This document shows positions 1-10,724 of a stretch of 64,000 nucleotides of DNA, one piece after another. This stretch comes from an uncultured Chloroflexia bacterium. Its GTDB lineage: Bacteria; Chloroflexota; Limnocylindria; Limnocylindrales; CSP1-4. The notes beneath the pieces were generated by a model that made no database searches, was not told the DNA's origin, and saw nothing but the letters and a program-made list of their open reading frames with translations. Numbering within the stretch: the stretch's first letter is position 1; each line of letters begins with the position of its first letter. The translations under genes were made by a program, and so were the position numbers. The stretch is from assembly GCA_963809045.1 (NCBI GenBank), contig CAWEHW010000004.1, positions 331,816 through 395,815 on the forward strand, in the 5' to 3' direction.

Positions 1-1
1 C

Positions 2-1408
2 TCCGTTCATGCCTTCGTGGGCGAGAACGGAGCCGGCAAGTCGACGCTCGGCAAGATCGTTGCCGGCGTGTTTCCGCCCGACGAGGGCGAGCTCATCCTG
101 AACGAGGAACCGGTTGGCTTCCGATCACCACGGGAAGCTCTGGACCGGGGCATCGCGCTCGTCGCCCAGGAAGTTGCCGTCGTCCCGCAGCGGACGGTCG
201 CGGAGAACGTGTTCCTGGGGGCCGAGCCTCGACAATTCGGATTCGTCCGTCGTCGGCTGCTGCTCGAACGGTTCGAGCGCGTCGTTGCAGACGCCGGGTT
301 CGAGATCCCGGCCGGTGCGAGAGTTGGCGCGCTGTCGCTCGCGAAGCAGCAGCAGGTCGAGATCCTGCGCGCACTCGCGCGCGACGCCGAGCTGATCGTC
401 TTCGACGAACCCACCGCCGCGCTTTCCGCGGCCGAGATCCAGCGGTTCCACGAGATCGTTCGTCGCCTATCGGCGGGCGGCCGGACGGTCATTCTCGTCT
501 CGCACTTCCTGAACGAGGTTCTCGACCTCGCCGACACGATCACCATCCTGCGCGATGGCCAGGTGGTTCGGACGTGCTCCAGCGCCGACGAGACAGAGGA
601 CACGTTGATGGCGGCAATGCTCGGCCGATCCGTCGGCCGGACATACCCTTCCAAGCAGCTCGCCGCCGCCGACGCCCCGGTCGCGCTGGCGGTACGGGAC
701 CTGTCCGCGTCGGGCGTCTCGGACGCGACGCTCGCCATCCGCGCGGGCGAGATCGTCGGGATCGCGGGGCTCGTCGGAGCGGGCCGATCGGAACTCGCCA
801 GGGCCATCTTTGGCGCGATCCCGGCCACCGCGGCCGAACTTCGAGCTGGGTCGATCACGCTCCGAGGCACACCGGTTGGGTCCATCAGGGCGGGCGTCGC
901 GATGATCCCCGAGTCACGCAAGGACGATGGCCTGATGCTTCGGCGCCCGGTCCGGGAGAACGTCAGCCTTGCCAGCCTCCGGCGGTTCGCTCGGTCAGGG
1001 TTCATCCACCGGCGCGCCGAGTCGGCCGGTGTGGCTGACTCGCTGCATCGCGTCGCGGCTGAGGGAGGGCTCGAAGCGCCACCGACCACCTTGTCCGGCG
1101 GCAACCAGCAAAAGCTCCTGTTTGCCCGGGCGCTGCTCGCACGACCCGCCGTCCTGATCGCCGACGATCCCACGCGGGGCGTGGACGTCGGGGCCAAGCG
1201 CGATCTCTATCAGCTCATCGTCGAGCTCGCCGCCAACGGCGTTGCCATCCTCCTGATCTCGAACGAGGTGGAGGAGATCCTCGGGCTCGCCCACCGCGTC
1301 CTCGTGATGCGCGCGGGACGGATCGTCGCCGAGCTATCGGGCGACCAGATGACCGAGGAGGCGATCATGGCGGCAGCCTTCGGCAAGCGCCTGGCGGCGG
1401 TCTCGTGA
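2..1408 (+). CDS. Sugar ABC transporter ATP-binding protein with two ATPase domains (RbsA/MglA/XylG-like); 5' end lies outside the window
   Basis: Walker A GENGAGKST sits at the window edge; a second Walker A GLVGAGRSEL and the signature LSGGNQQK are present. The ORF is 463 aa and is followed by a permease gene. Confidence 0.85.
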   Translation, partial: SVHAFVGENGAGKSTLGKIVAGVFPPDEGELILNEEPVGFRSPREALDRGIALVAQEVAVVPQRTVAENVFLGAEPRQFGFVRRRLLLERFERVVADAGFEIPAGARVGALSLAKQQQVEILRALARDAELIVFDEPTAALSAAEIQRFHEIVRRLSAGGRTVILVSHFLNEVLDLADTITILRDGQVVRTCSSADETEDTLMAAMLGRSVGRTYPSKQLAAADAPVALAVRDLSASGVSDATLAIRAGEIVGIAGLVGAGRSELARAIFGAIPATAAELRAGSITLRGTPVGSIRAGVAMIPESRKDDGLMLRRPVRENVSLASLRRFARSGFIHRRAESAGVADSLHRVAAEGGLEAPPTTLSGGNQQKLLFARALLARPAVLIADDPTRGVDVGAKRDLYQLIVELAANGVAILLISNEVEEILGLAHRVLVMRAGRIVAELSGDQMTEEAIMAAAFGKRLAAVS

Positions 1409-1418
1409 TGGGCGCGGC

Positions 1419-2402
1419 GTGACAGGGCCGGCGGCGCTCGAATCGGCCGCGACAGCGCGGAATTGGCTAGGGCGTGCTCGCTGGGCGGTCGGCCGCGGCG
1501 GAATCCTGATCCCGTTCGTGATCGTGTTCGTGGTCCTCGCGCTGATCAGCCCGCCGTTTCTTCGATTCCAGAACCTCGCCAACATCCTCGACCAGCAGTC
1601 CGGGATCATCATCGTCGCGGTAGCCGGCACCCTGGTGCTGATCGCCGGCGGAATCGACCTGTCCGTCGGCGCCCTGTACGGGCTGGCCGGAGCCACGGCT
1701 GCCCAGCTCGCCGTTTCCTTCGGGCCACCGGTCGGGATCCTCGCCGCGCTTTCCGTGGGTCTGGCCGTCGGCGTCGCCAACGGTGTCGTGGTCACGAAAT
1801 TCCGGATCAATCCCCTGATCGGAACGCTGGCCATGTCGTTCGTGGTCGGTGGCATCGGCGCCATCGCCACGCAAGGCAACCTCATCGTGGTGCTCGACCA
1901 CCCGGAGTTCCAGACATTCGCCTCGACCCGGATCCTGGGGATCACGAGTGCGGCCTGGATGATGATCGGATTGGCCATCGCGGGGGTGATCCTCCTCAGC
2001 CGCACCACCTTCGGGCGGTACGTCTACGCGACGGGTGGCAATGCCGAGGCGGCGAGACTGGGCGGCGTCCGGATCGACACGATTCGCATCGCCACTTACG
2101 CGCTGAGCGGGATGGCCGCGGCGCTGGCTGGAACGATCGACGCGTCAAGGACGCTGAGCGCGCAGGCGTCGGCCGGGAGCTTCCTGACGTTCACCGTCTT
2201 GACCGGGATCATCGTGGGCGGGACGAGCATCCTTGGCGGCGAGGGATCGGTCCACCGCACCGTCGTGGGATGCTTGTTCGTGGCCCTTGTGGCAAACGGG
2301 TTCAACCTGCTCGGGTTCGATCCGTTCTATCAGCAGGTGACGCTTGGCGTGATCCTCTTGCTCGCCGTTGGAACGGATGCCTGGTCCCGCCGCTTCGACT
2401 GA
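1419..2402 (+). CDS. ABC transporter permease (RbsC/AraH-type)
   Basis: 327-aa polytopic membrane protein starting at GTG 11 nt after the ATPase stop. Hydrophobic helices are typical of sugar ABC permeases. Confidence 0.75.
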   Translation: MTGPAALESAATARNWLGRARWAVGRGGILIPFVIVFVVLALISPPFLRFQNLANILDQQSGIIIVAVAGTLVLIAGGIDLSVGALYGLAGATAAQLAVSFGPPVGILAALSVGLAVGVANGVVVTKFRINPLIGTLAMSFVVGGIGAIATQGNLIVVLDHPEFQTFASTRILGITSAAWMMIGLAIAGVILLSRTTFGRYVYATGGNAEAARLGGVRIDTIRIATYALSGMAAALAGTIDASRTLSAQASAGSFLTFTVLTGIIVGGTSILGGEGSVHRTVVGCLFVALVANGFNLLGFDPFYQQVTLGVILLLAVGTDAWSRRFD

Positions 2403-2447
2403 ACCGTCGGATCCGTTCGCACGAGCAAGGCAGACAGGGAGTCCAGC

Positions 2448-3357
2448 TTGACGAGTTACGTGGGTCGGGTCGATTGGTCGTTCACCGACGCCCTCGGGGG
2501 GACCACCGCCACATCGTCCGGACTCGGCCGGCGGGTCGTCGTGGGCCCCGACCAGGGAGCGATCCACACAGAGCTCGCCGTGGGTGCCCTGGCGCCCGGT
2601 GGATGGCTCGCCCCGCACGTGCACTCGTTCGAGGAGGCGCTCTACGTGCTCGAGGGCGAGCTCATCCTCGAGCTGGATCGACGGGTGCATCGGCTGGTTC
2701 GGGGCGACTACGCGGCGATGCCGGTGGGGCTGCGCCACACCCTGGCCAATGCCGCAGGCGCGCCGGTTCGGTGGCTGTCGGTCAACACGCCACAACGGCT
2801 CGGGCTCGACGCCGGTCGCAAGGACACGTTCTTCGAATCGCCAGCGGACGTCGCAGCGCTCGACGCGTCGGCGACCCGCCCGCCCTTCGGCGACCCGACG
2901 CTACGGCTGGTCGGCCACTACGACGGGACGCCGCCCCAGGCGGACGCCCTGCGGGTCAAGGACCAGGCGCGCGGCCGCGCCCCGGCCGGGATGGACACAG
3001 CCCTGCTGGCCTACAGCGGGATCTCGGTGAGGATGCTCGTCGATCGCAATTTCGGCGCAGACCTCGTGACCATGTTCACGGTCGACTACGAGATCGGTGG
3101 CGCCGCCCAGGCCCACGATCATCCGTTCGAGGAGACGTATTTCTTCCTCGAGGGCGAGATGCGAAGGCGAGATCGATGGCGCGACGTATCAGTTCGGACC
3201 GGGCGATATCGTGTTCGCCGGGGTGGGCAGCGTCCACGGGTTCTACAACGTGGGCACGGAACGGGTGCGCTGGATCGAGACGCAGGCGCCGCAACCGCCG
3301 GCTCGCCATGCCTACCGATGGTCCGCGAGTTGGAAGCGATACGAGGAGGAACACTGA
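2448..3357 (+). CDS. Bicupin-domain protein with an apparent +1 frameshift near 3160-3170
   Basis: Two cupin cores are present (HVHSFEEALYVLEGE and HDHPFEETYFFLEGE). The C-terminal end of the second cupin continues in another frame (YQFGPGDIVFAGVGSVHGFYNVG). Confidence 0.55.
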
Positions 3358-4062
3358 TGTCGGACGAAGGTGCAGTCGGTCGTCGTCGGCGGCACGCGCG
3401 GGATCGGCCTCGAGATCGCTCGACACTTCGCGGAGACGGGCCACAAGGTCGTGGTGACCGGCCGGACGCCGCAAACGTCGATGCGGCGGTCGCTGCGCTC
3501 GAAGGGCACGTGACCGGCCTGGCGTTCGACCTCGCGAGGCCTGAGACGATCGCGCCCGCCCTGGCGGATGTGGGCCCCGTCCGACACCTGGTCGTGGTCG
3601 CCATCGACCGGGACGACAACACGATCAAGGAGTACGACATCGGCTGGGCTGCCCGCCTCACGGTGCTCAAGCTCGTCGGATACGCAGAGGTCGTGCACAC
3701 CCTGCTCGACCGGCTTGACGATACGTCCTCGATCGTCCTGTTCGGTGGCCAGGCCAAGGATCTTCCGTATCCCGGGTCGACGACCGTGAGCTCGGTGAAC
3801 GGCGGCGTCGAGGGGTTTGACCCGCTCGCTCGTCCACCAGCTCAAGCCGATCCGGGTCAACTGCATCCATCCGGGGATCGTCGGCGACAGCCCGTACTGG
3901 AAGGACCGGCAGGCTGCCCTGGAGGCGACCCGGGAACGAACGCCGATAGGCCGCACGGTCACCATGGCCGAGATTGTCTCGGCGACGGTCTTCCTGCTCG
4001 AGAACACGGCGATGAATGGCGTGTATCTCAAGGTCGACGGCGGCATCCACGCGACCTGAGCG
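3357..4062 (+). CDS. Short-chain dehydrogenase/reductase (SDR), disrupted by two apparent frameshifts near 3455 and 3825
   Basis: N-terminal VVVGGTRGIGLEIARHFAETGHKVVVTGR, the middle LVVVAIDRDDNTIKEYDIGW...NGGVEGF and the C-terminal FTRSLVHQLKPIRVNCIHPGIV...YLKVDGGIHAT fall in three different frames. Confidence 0.6.
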
Positions 4063-4152
4063 CGGAGCGAGTCGGGGCACTCTGGCCACGCCCGGGGCTT
4101 TGGCACCCACCGCGGAGGCCCCGCTATGAGGCCCCTGGTGCGTGTCCGGCGA

Positions 4153-5718
4153 TCATTGCGTGGGCGGCATGATCGATCTGGTGACGGCATCCCTCACGGT
4201 CGATCCGGGCACGTCGCCTCGCACGGTGACGGCATCGGGCCCAACCAGAACCCAGCGAGTCCGCCCTTCCAGACGCTTCTTGTCCGCCTCGATGTAGTCG
4301 ATGATCTTGTCGACAGGGACGTCGAGCGGCGCTTGACCCAGGCCGATCCTGGCGAGCAGTCAATTCGCGCGTGCGGCGATCGGGACGGGCGTGATACCCA
4401 TCGCCAGCCCGATGTCGAGTGCGGCTCGAAGCCCGTAGGCAACCGCTTCACCATGGCGCAGCCGGTACCCGGTCGCGGCCTCGAGTGCGTGGCTCAACGT
4501 GTGGCCGAGGTTCAGCGCGATCCGCACGCCCGCCGTGTCGTCCTCGTCAAGGAGGACCAGCCTGCGCTTCGCAAGGGCACAACGCTCGATGAGTTCGAGT
4601 AGATCCGAGGCGCTCGGCCAGCGTTCCGCCGCGTCGGTGGGCAGACGGGATTCGAGGAGAGAGAGGATCGCCTCGTTGCCGAGGAGGCCGTACTTGACCG
4701 CTTCGGCGAGTGAGGCGCGCCTGTCGGCCGGCAATTCGTCAGCCACGAGCTCGGTATCGAGGATGGTGGCGATGGGCTGGTGGATCGCACCAAGCAGGTT
4801 GCGACCGACGCCGGGCAAGTTCACGCCGCCCTTGCCGCCAATGCTCGTGTCGATCATGCCCAGCGTCGTGACCGGGATCGCCACGAGTGGAACGCCGCGC
4901 AACCAAACGGCTGCCGCAAATGTCGCCGCCTCGAGGAGGACGTCATCGCCCAGAGCGACCACTGGGTGCATTCGTTCCAGGTGCAGGTCGGCGAGCCTGC
5001 GGAACAAGGGCTCCAGGTGGCCGAGCAGCTTGGCCAATTCGCCGGCCGGCAGCTCCTCCACGTCCACCGGGATACGGGCCGTGGAACGCACGACCTCCGC
5101 GGCACGGTCGGCAGGACCGCGACTCGAGGCCGCAGTGATGACCACACATCGGCGCGCGCCCAGGCGTCGAAGGACGTGCCCAAGGCTCGTCCCGAGGACT
5201 CCCTCCCCGAGCTCGATCAGGCCACCGTGAACGTCCGCTCGCAGGACGAGCGTGCCTGATGTCACCGGCTCGGCCAAGACCGGTTCGGCCAGCTCGATCG
5301 TGGCGGAGATCGAGCCCGAACCATCGATCCGTTCGCCCGCGTTGTAGAACGGCATGTAGGTGGCCAGGTGGCTGGGGATGAACCGACGGATGTCGCCTTC
5401 GATGCCGACATCCTCTCGTCTTGCACCCCGAAGCCGCTCGATCAGCTGTTCGGCCGGAACGTCCAGCCAGATGACCTTCCGGCCGCTGTAGAGACGAGCC
5501 CGAGTTGCCGGGTCTGACACGATGCGATCGGCTGCGATGACCCGGCGCAGGGCAGGCGTGGGGTCCGGCACGATGGCTGAGCGCAGGCCCGAGATCACGT
5601 CCGTCAGTCGACCGGGCGGTCCCGTGAGGTCGACGAAGCCCGCTCCATGGCGCTCTGCGAGGGCTCTGCCGACGGTCCGGGCGCCACATCCGGGAGCGCC
5701 GATCAAGACGGTTTCCAT
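4153..5718 (-). CDS. aroB: Fused shikimate kinase / 3-dehydroquinate synthase (AroK-AroB) with an in-frame TGA at 4360-4362
   Basis: N-terminal P-loop GAPGCGARTVGRAL identifies AroK. The DHQ synthase motifs GGKGGVNLPGVGRNLLGAIHQP, HTLSHALE and HGEAVAYG follow. After the TGA the same frame continues through a conserved AroB C-terminus (LLARIGLGQAPLDVPVDKIIDYIEADKKRLEGRTRWVLVGPDAVTVRGDV...). Confidence 0.8.
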
Positions 5719-6016
5719 GGCACAACTATGCCGCCTCGCGGTTCACGAATGAACGAGGACTCGCATCGCAAGTGCTCCGCGGGACTTCACGCTTGTGGCC
5801 TATTGACCCGCTCGGATTGTCCCGTATTATAGGCCGGTGTCCAGCTCTATGGGACGCTGTTACCGGAGAATGGGACGAAATCGCGCTCAGGCGCAAATGC
5901 ATCGTGGCACCGCGGCCCGCCCCAAGGGCCCGACTCCTTCCCGTCGCATCACCCTCGTGATGCAGGCCATCCGCAACGCCGTTCGAGCAGTCGGCAACGC
6001 AACCAAGGAGGAGATC

Positions 6017-7093
6017 ATGAGCACCCGAGAACGCAGGCTCGTACTTCCGCTGGCGGCGGTCTTGCTGGTCGCCGCATGCGGCGGCGGAGGCACCAGCCCC
6101 AGCACCTCAAGTGCGGCCTCCGAAGCCGCGCCCACACAGGCGGCGGCGAGCGCCGAACCGACGGAGGCCCCAGCCACGCAAGCTGCGGTCGAGCTTGTCC
6201 TGGCGCACAGCTACCAGGAAGCACAGCCGCAGGCGCGTTGTGGCGCGCAGGTCATCAAGACCGAGGCTGAAGCGGCCGGTGTAGGGCTGACGATCAACAT
6301 CTTCGGAGCCAGCGAGCTGGGCGGGGATGCCGATCGGATCCAGTCGGTCATCGCTGGCGACATTGACCTTGATATCCAGGGCGCTTCCGCATTGAGTGCG
6401 GTGTACGCCCCCATGAGCGCGGTCGATGGCGCCTTCGTCTTCGACGACAGTGACCACATGTACAACTTCTTCTCGACCGAGGCATCGGACGCGCTGAAGC
6501 AAGGATTCTTCGATGCGACTGGCGTCACCATTCTTGGTGGCTGGAACACCGGAGCCCGCCAGTTCACCGCCAACAAGGCGATTCGCACACCCGACGATCT
6601 CCAGGGCCTGCGCATGCGTTTCCCGCCCTCGCCACAGTTCCTGATGAATGCGGCGGCCATGGGTGCCGACCCGGTCGAGGTCGCGTTCGAGGAGCTCTAC
6701 CTGGCCCTTCAGCAGGGGACGGTTGACGGGCAGGAGAACCCGCTCGTCAATATCGACGCCATCAACCTGGACGAAGTACAGGACTTCGTGAGCCTGTCCA
6801 GCCACCAGTTGAGCTCCAATCTGGTGGTCGTGGGCGCAGTCTGGAATGAACTGAGCGCTGCGCAGCAGGAAGCCCTGTCTGCCGCGGTCGCGAAGGCCAT
6901 GGTCGATGAGCCGGCATGCGTCGTCGAGGCCGAGGAGACGATCCTTGCCGGCTTCCGTGAAAGTGGTTCCATGGAGATCGTCGAGGACGTCGATCGCGAC
7001 GCGTTCCGGACGAGGGCCGAACCGTACCTGCGGGAGCAGTTCACCCCTGAGCAGGTGGCCGTGCTCGACGCCATCCGATCAGCAGCCGAATAG
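6017..7093 (+). CDS. dctP: TRAP transporter substrate-binding protein DctP (lipoprotein)
   Basis: Lipoprotein signal peptide MSTRERRLVLPLAAVLLVAACGG is followed by a DctP-family fold. DctQ and DctM genes lie directly downstream. Confidence 0.85.
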   Translation: MSTRERRLVLPLAAVLLVAACGGGGTSPSTSSAASEAAPTQAAASAEPTEAPATQAAVELVLAHSYQEAQPQARCGAQVIKTEAEAAGVGLTINIFGASELGGDADRIQSVIAGDIDLDIQGASALSAVYAPMSAVDGAFVFDDSDHMYNFFSTEASDALKQGFFDATGVTILGGWNTGARQFTANKAIRTPDDLQGLRMRFPPSPQFLMNAAAMGADPVEVAFEELYLALQQGTVDGQENPLVNIDAINLDEVQDFVSLSSHQLSSNLVVVGAVWNELSAAQQEALSAAVAKAMVDEPACVVEAEETILAGFRESGSMEIVEDVDRDAFRTRAEPYLREQFTPEQVAVLDAIRSAAE

Positions 7094-7207
7094 TCCTCCA
7101 CCGGGTTGGTGCCCGGTCGGGACCGGGCACCAACACCGGTCCTTGCATTGAGTACGCTGCACCCAGGACGCGCGCCGTCGCGTGTCGGGAAGGAGTGTGG
7201 GCTGCCC

Positions 7208-7834
7208 ATGGCCCGGGAGATCGGCCCGATGCGCCATCCGGGTAACGGACTGGCCGAGACCGAGGTAGAGGCCAACGCTCTGGGCCCCGAGTCCGTCACG
7301 GGCGAGGAGGCGAACCCCGAACTGCTCCCCCAGCGTGAGCCCTTCCGTACTGCCTTCCACACCATCGGGCTGATCGAGCAGGCAATCGGCACGCTGCTCC
7401 TCGTCGCCATCCTGTTCCTGGTGCTGACCCAGGTTGCACAGCGGTACATCCCGGGCCAGGGTTGGCCCTGGACTGGCGAAGTCGCCCGCTACTCCATGGT
7501 CTGGGTCGCGTTCGTGTTGTCCGGGTACCTCGTGGCACATGACCGCCACATCGCGATCCACCTCGTCGATTACGTGCTAAGCGGGCGCGGGCTGGCCCTG
7601 ATCAAGCTGCTCGTCAACGCGGTGATCCTGGTGACGTGTCTGGGGATGATGTACGCCACGTACGACCTGATCGCCAGCGACATCGGGCAGGTGACCGCGG
7701 CCGCCGAACTCCCGCTCAAATGGGTCAATGTCCCCGTTCTCATCGGGTTCGCCCTCTCGGCGACACGAGCCGCGCTGGCTATCGTCGTGGCCGATCTTCC
7801 CGCGCTGCTGAATGGCGAGGGTGCCCGGTCATGA
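7208..7834 (+). CDS. dctQ: TRAP transporter small permease DctQ
   Basis: About 200-aa four-helix membrane protein between dctP and dctM. Its stop overlaps the dctM start (ATGA). Confidence 0.75.
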   Translation: MAREIGPMRHPGNGLAETEVEANALGPESVTGEEANPELLPQREPFRTAFHTIGLIEQAIGTLLLVAILFLVLTQVAQRYIPGQGWPWTGEVARYSMVWVAFVLSGYLVAHDRHIAIHLVDYVLSGRGLALIKLLVNAVILVTCLGMMYATYDLIASDIGQVTAAAELPLKWVNVPVLIGFALSATRAALAIVVADLPALLNGEGARS

Positions 7835-9107
7835 ACCTCGGACTCCTGTTGATCGTTATCTTCCTCCTCTTCCTCCTTCGCGTCCCGATGGCCTTCGCGA
7901 TCCTAGGGCCCTCGATCGCGTACCTCGTGATGGAGGACTACTCCCTCGGCCTCGCGGTCCGCCTCGTCATGGCCGGGATCAACAGCTGGCCGCTGCTTGC
8001 CGTGCCCCTGTTCATCCTGGTGGGCATCGTCGCGACGCGGACGGAGATCGCCGACCGCCTGTACGACGCGGCGGTCCTGCTTCTCGGGCCACTCCGGGCC
8101 GGGCTTGCGTACGTGAATATCGGAGTCAGTCTCGGGTTCTCATGGATGAGCGGCGCGGCTCTCGCTGATGCTGCCGGCATCGGCTCGGTCGAGGTCGGTC
8201 ACATGCGCAAGAAGGGGTACCCGGCCGAATTCGCCGTCGGACTCAGCGCGAGTTCAGCCCTTATCAGCCCAATCATGCCGCCGAGCATCCCCGCCGTGGT
8301 GTACGCATCGGTCGCCGCGGTCTCCACAGGTGCCCTGTTCGCCGCGGCAGTGCTGCCTGCCATCCTCATGACCGTAGCGTTGACAATCACGGTCTTCCTC
8401 TGGGCACGACGACGGCCCGACCTCGTCGGGGAGCCGTCAACTGGCAAGCAGTTCGGCGGGCTGTCGTCCGTGCGTTGCCGCCAATGGGAGCCCCTGCGTT
8501 GATCCTCGGAGGGATCCTGGGTGGGTTCTTCACGCCGACCGAAGCGGCGGGGATCGGCGCGCTCTACATGCTCGTGCTGGCACTGACGTATCGCACGGTG
8601 ACCCTTCGCCAACTGGGCAACATCTTCCGCGACACGGCGTCGATCACGGCTCAGATCATGCTCATCATCGGCGCGTCCAGCCTGTTGAGCTGGATCCTGG
8701 CCAGGGAGCAGGTGCCGCAAGCAGTGGCTCAGGCGCTCCTTGGGATGACCAGCGACCCGTTGGTCTTCCTGCTGATCGTCAACCTGGTGCTCGTCTTCCT
8801 CGGCATGATCCTGGAGCCGACCTCAGCGCTGCTGATCGTAACTCCCATCCTTCTGCCTGTTGCCGTTCAGTTCGGCGTCGACCCGCTCCAGTTTGGCTCG
8901 ATCGTGATCTTCACCCTCATGCTTGGTCTGCTCACGCCGCCCATGGGTGGTGTCTGCTTCGTCCTGAGCTCCGTCACGGGCATCCCGGTCGAGCGTGTCT
9001 TCAAGGGCGCCCTGTTCTTTATGCCAGCGCTTCTGCTCATACTCGTCCTCATCACGTATGTGCCAGCGATAACACTGTGGCTACCCAACGCCCTCGGACT
9101 AGGCTGA
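7831..9107 (+). CDS. dctM: TRAP transporter large permease DctM, split by an apparent frameshift near 8435-8445
   Basis: N-terminal half MNLGLLLIVIFLL... lies in the 7831-8502 frame. The conserved LPPMGAPALILGGILGGFFTPTEAA and the rest lie in the 8475-9107 frame. Confidence 0.8.
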
Positions 9108-9158
9108 CGCGCCCGCCGGTATGGGTCCTTCCCGGCGCTGGCTGGCTGCGAGGGCCGC

Positions 9159-9897
9159 ATGTCAGTCCTTGAGAAAGCAAGCGACCTGATCGACTGCCTG
9201 GGGCAGGCGGGCGGGCCGGTGACATTGGCGTATGTCAGGTCGGCCCTCGACATGCCGAAGTCGTCGACACACCGGATGCTGAGCGAGCTGGCCGTCCTGG
9301 GCATCGTGCGGCGAACCGAGGATGGCCGCTATTCGCTGGGCCCACGTTTGCTGTACTGGGGCGAGGCTGCGGCCGAGACGTTCAACCTCCGCTCAATTGC
9401 TGAGCCGGCCATGCGCCGGCTACGCGACGCGATCGGGGAGAGCGTTCACCTGTACATTCGCGAGAACGACGCCAGGATCTGCATCGCAGCCGTTGAGGCG
9501 CGACATGAGCTGCGCCCGTTCATTCAGCTCGGGCGCCCACTTCCACTCCGCGCCGGAGCCGCCGGCAAGGTGCTGCTGGCCTTCGCCGGCGAGGAGGTCC
9601 AGCGCCTGGAACTGCGACGCGCGAGGGCGGACAGCGAGCTGCCAAACGCTCCCGGAGCGCGGCTCGCGGGGGCAACTGGAGCAGATCCGTGCAGACCGAT
9701 GGGCGACCTCGGTCGGCGAGCGTGAGGATGGTGTCGCGGCCGTCGCAGCGCCGGTTCAGGACTCCCGGGCCCGGGTCGTGGCCGCCCTTTGTATCTCGGG
9801 TCCCACGACACGCCTGACCACCCAACGCCTCGGCGAGATGCTCGAGCCGCTCCAGGAATGCGCAGCGGAGATCAGCCGGTTGCTCCGCCGAGGTTGA
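9159..9897 (+). CDS. IclR-family transcriptional regulator with an apparent frameshift near 9670 at a G5 run
   Basis: HTH region PKSSTHRMLSELAVLGIV with the IclR effector domain. The C-terminus (GEREDGVAAVAAPVQDSRARVVAALCISGPTTRL) lies in a second frame that parallels the adjacent paralog. Confidence 0.75.
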
Positions 9898-10657
9898 TCG
9901 TGCTCCCAGCGGGGCTGCCGGTCCACCCAAGCCCTCGAGTGACCTCGCCAGCAGCCATTGTCAGGACATCGCGGACGGCTTCGAGGCGCTCCGCCGTGAG
10001 GCGAGTGCTGGGCCCGGAAACTGACAGCGCGGCCACCACGTCGCCGGCATGGTTCCGGATCGGAACGGCGGCCGCAGCCAGGCCTTCCTCGCGCTCGCCG
10101 AATGACATGGACCACTCTGTTTCGATGCACGCATCGAGCTGCCTCCTGAGCTCGTCAACCGCGGGCGCTCGGGGCGACACAGGCGCACTGGCGGCCCGCC
10201 GCAGCTCGGTTCGGCGCGTTGCGGGATCGGCGAAGGCGAGCAGCAGCTTTCCGGAGGCGCCCACCGAAAGCGGCAGAGGCTTTCCGATCTCCGTGAAGTG
10301 ACGGAGCTCATAGCTCCCTTCCACGGCCGCGACGCAAACACGGGTATCGCGCTGTCGAACGTACAGGTGCACGCTTTCGCCGACCGTGTCGCGGAGGCGC
10401 ACCATGGCCGGCTGCGCGATCCGGACAATGTCACTCGACCCACTGGCCGCCTCCCCCCAGCGCACCAGGCGGGGACCCGGGACGTACGTCGTGGTGCCAA
10501 TCCGGAGGAGCAGCCCTAGGTGGACGAGCTCCGACAGGAGTCGGTGGATGGACGACCGGGGTTGACCAAGGCGTTGGGCGATGCTGGTCAGTGTCGCGGG
10601 TTCGGGCAATTCCGCGACAACATCCAGGATGAGCGTGACCTTCTCAAGAACCGACAA
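9872..10657 (-). CDS. IclR-family transcriptional regulator
   Basis: 261-aa intact IclR homolog with HTH QPRSSIHRLLSELVHLGLL and the effector domain. Convergent with the 9159 paralog, overlapping it by 26 nt at the 3' ends. Confidence 0.85.
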   Translation of the reverse strand: MSVLEKVTLILDVVAELPEPATLTSIAQRLGQPRSSIHRLLSELVHLGLLLRIGTTTYVPGPRLVRWGEAASGSSDIVRIAQPAMVRLRDTVGESVHLYVRQRDTRVCVAAVEGSYELRHFTEIGKPLPLSVGASGKLLLAFADPATRRTELRRAASAPVSPRAPAVDELRRQLDACIETEWSMSFGEREEGLAAAAVPIRNHAGDVVAALSVSGPSTRLTAERLEAVRDVLTMAAGEVTRGLGWTGSPAGSTINLGGATG

Positions 10658-10724
10658 ATCCTGGAGCCTCCTGGACTCAGGTCATGCCTGATCGCTGCCG
10701 ATGCTCGTCAGAATGGCCCACGAC

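Noticed and set aside
7-1197. Long antisense ORF (396 aa) opposite the ABC ATPase gene. Many similar long ORFs occur on both strands, for example 1463-3457 (+), 20144-21067 (-), 25187-27241 (-) and 38344-39117 (-).
   Set aside because: These are Arg/Pro/Ala/Gly-rich low-complexity translations with no motifs. High GC suppresses stop codons in non-coding frames, and each one overlaps a well-supported gene on the other strand or frame.
2448-4172. A single 574-aa ORF, suggesting one large protein.
   Set aside because: It chains together pieces of a bicupin and an SDR through out-of-frame junk. The conserved segments of both proteins switch frames, so it is not one gene.
5719-6016. The 300-nt intergenic region upstream of dctP as a possible small RNA or riboswitch.
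   Set aside because: I could identify no conserved structure or motif by eye. It is most simply a promoter or leader region for the TRAP operon. The annotated ORF 5837-7093 starts too early; the lipoprotein signal begins at 6017.
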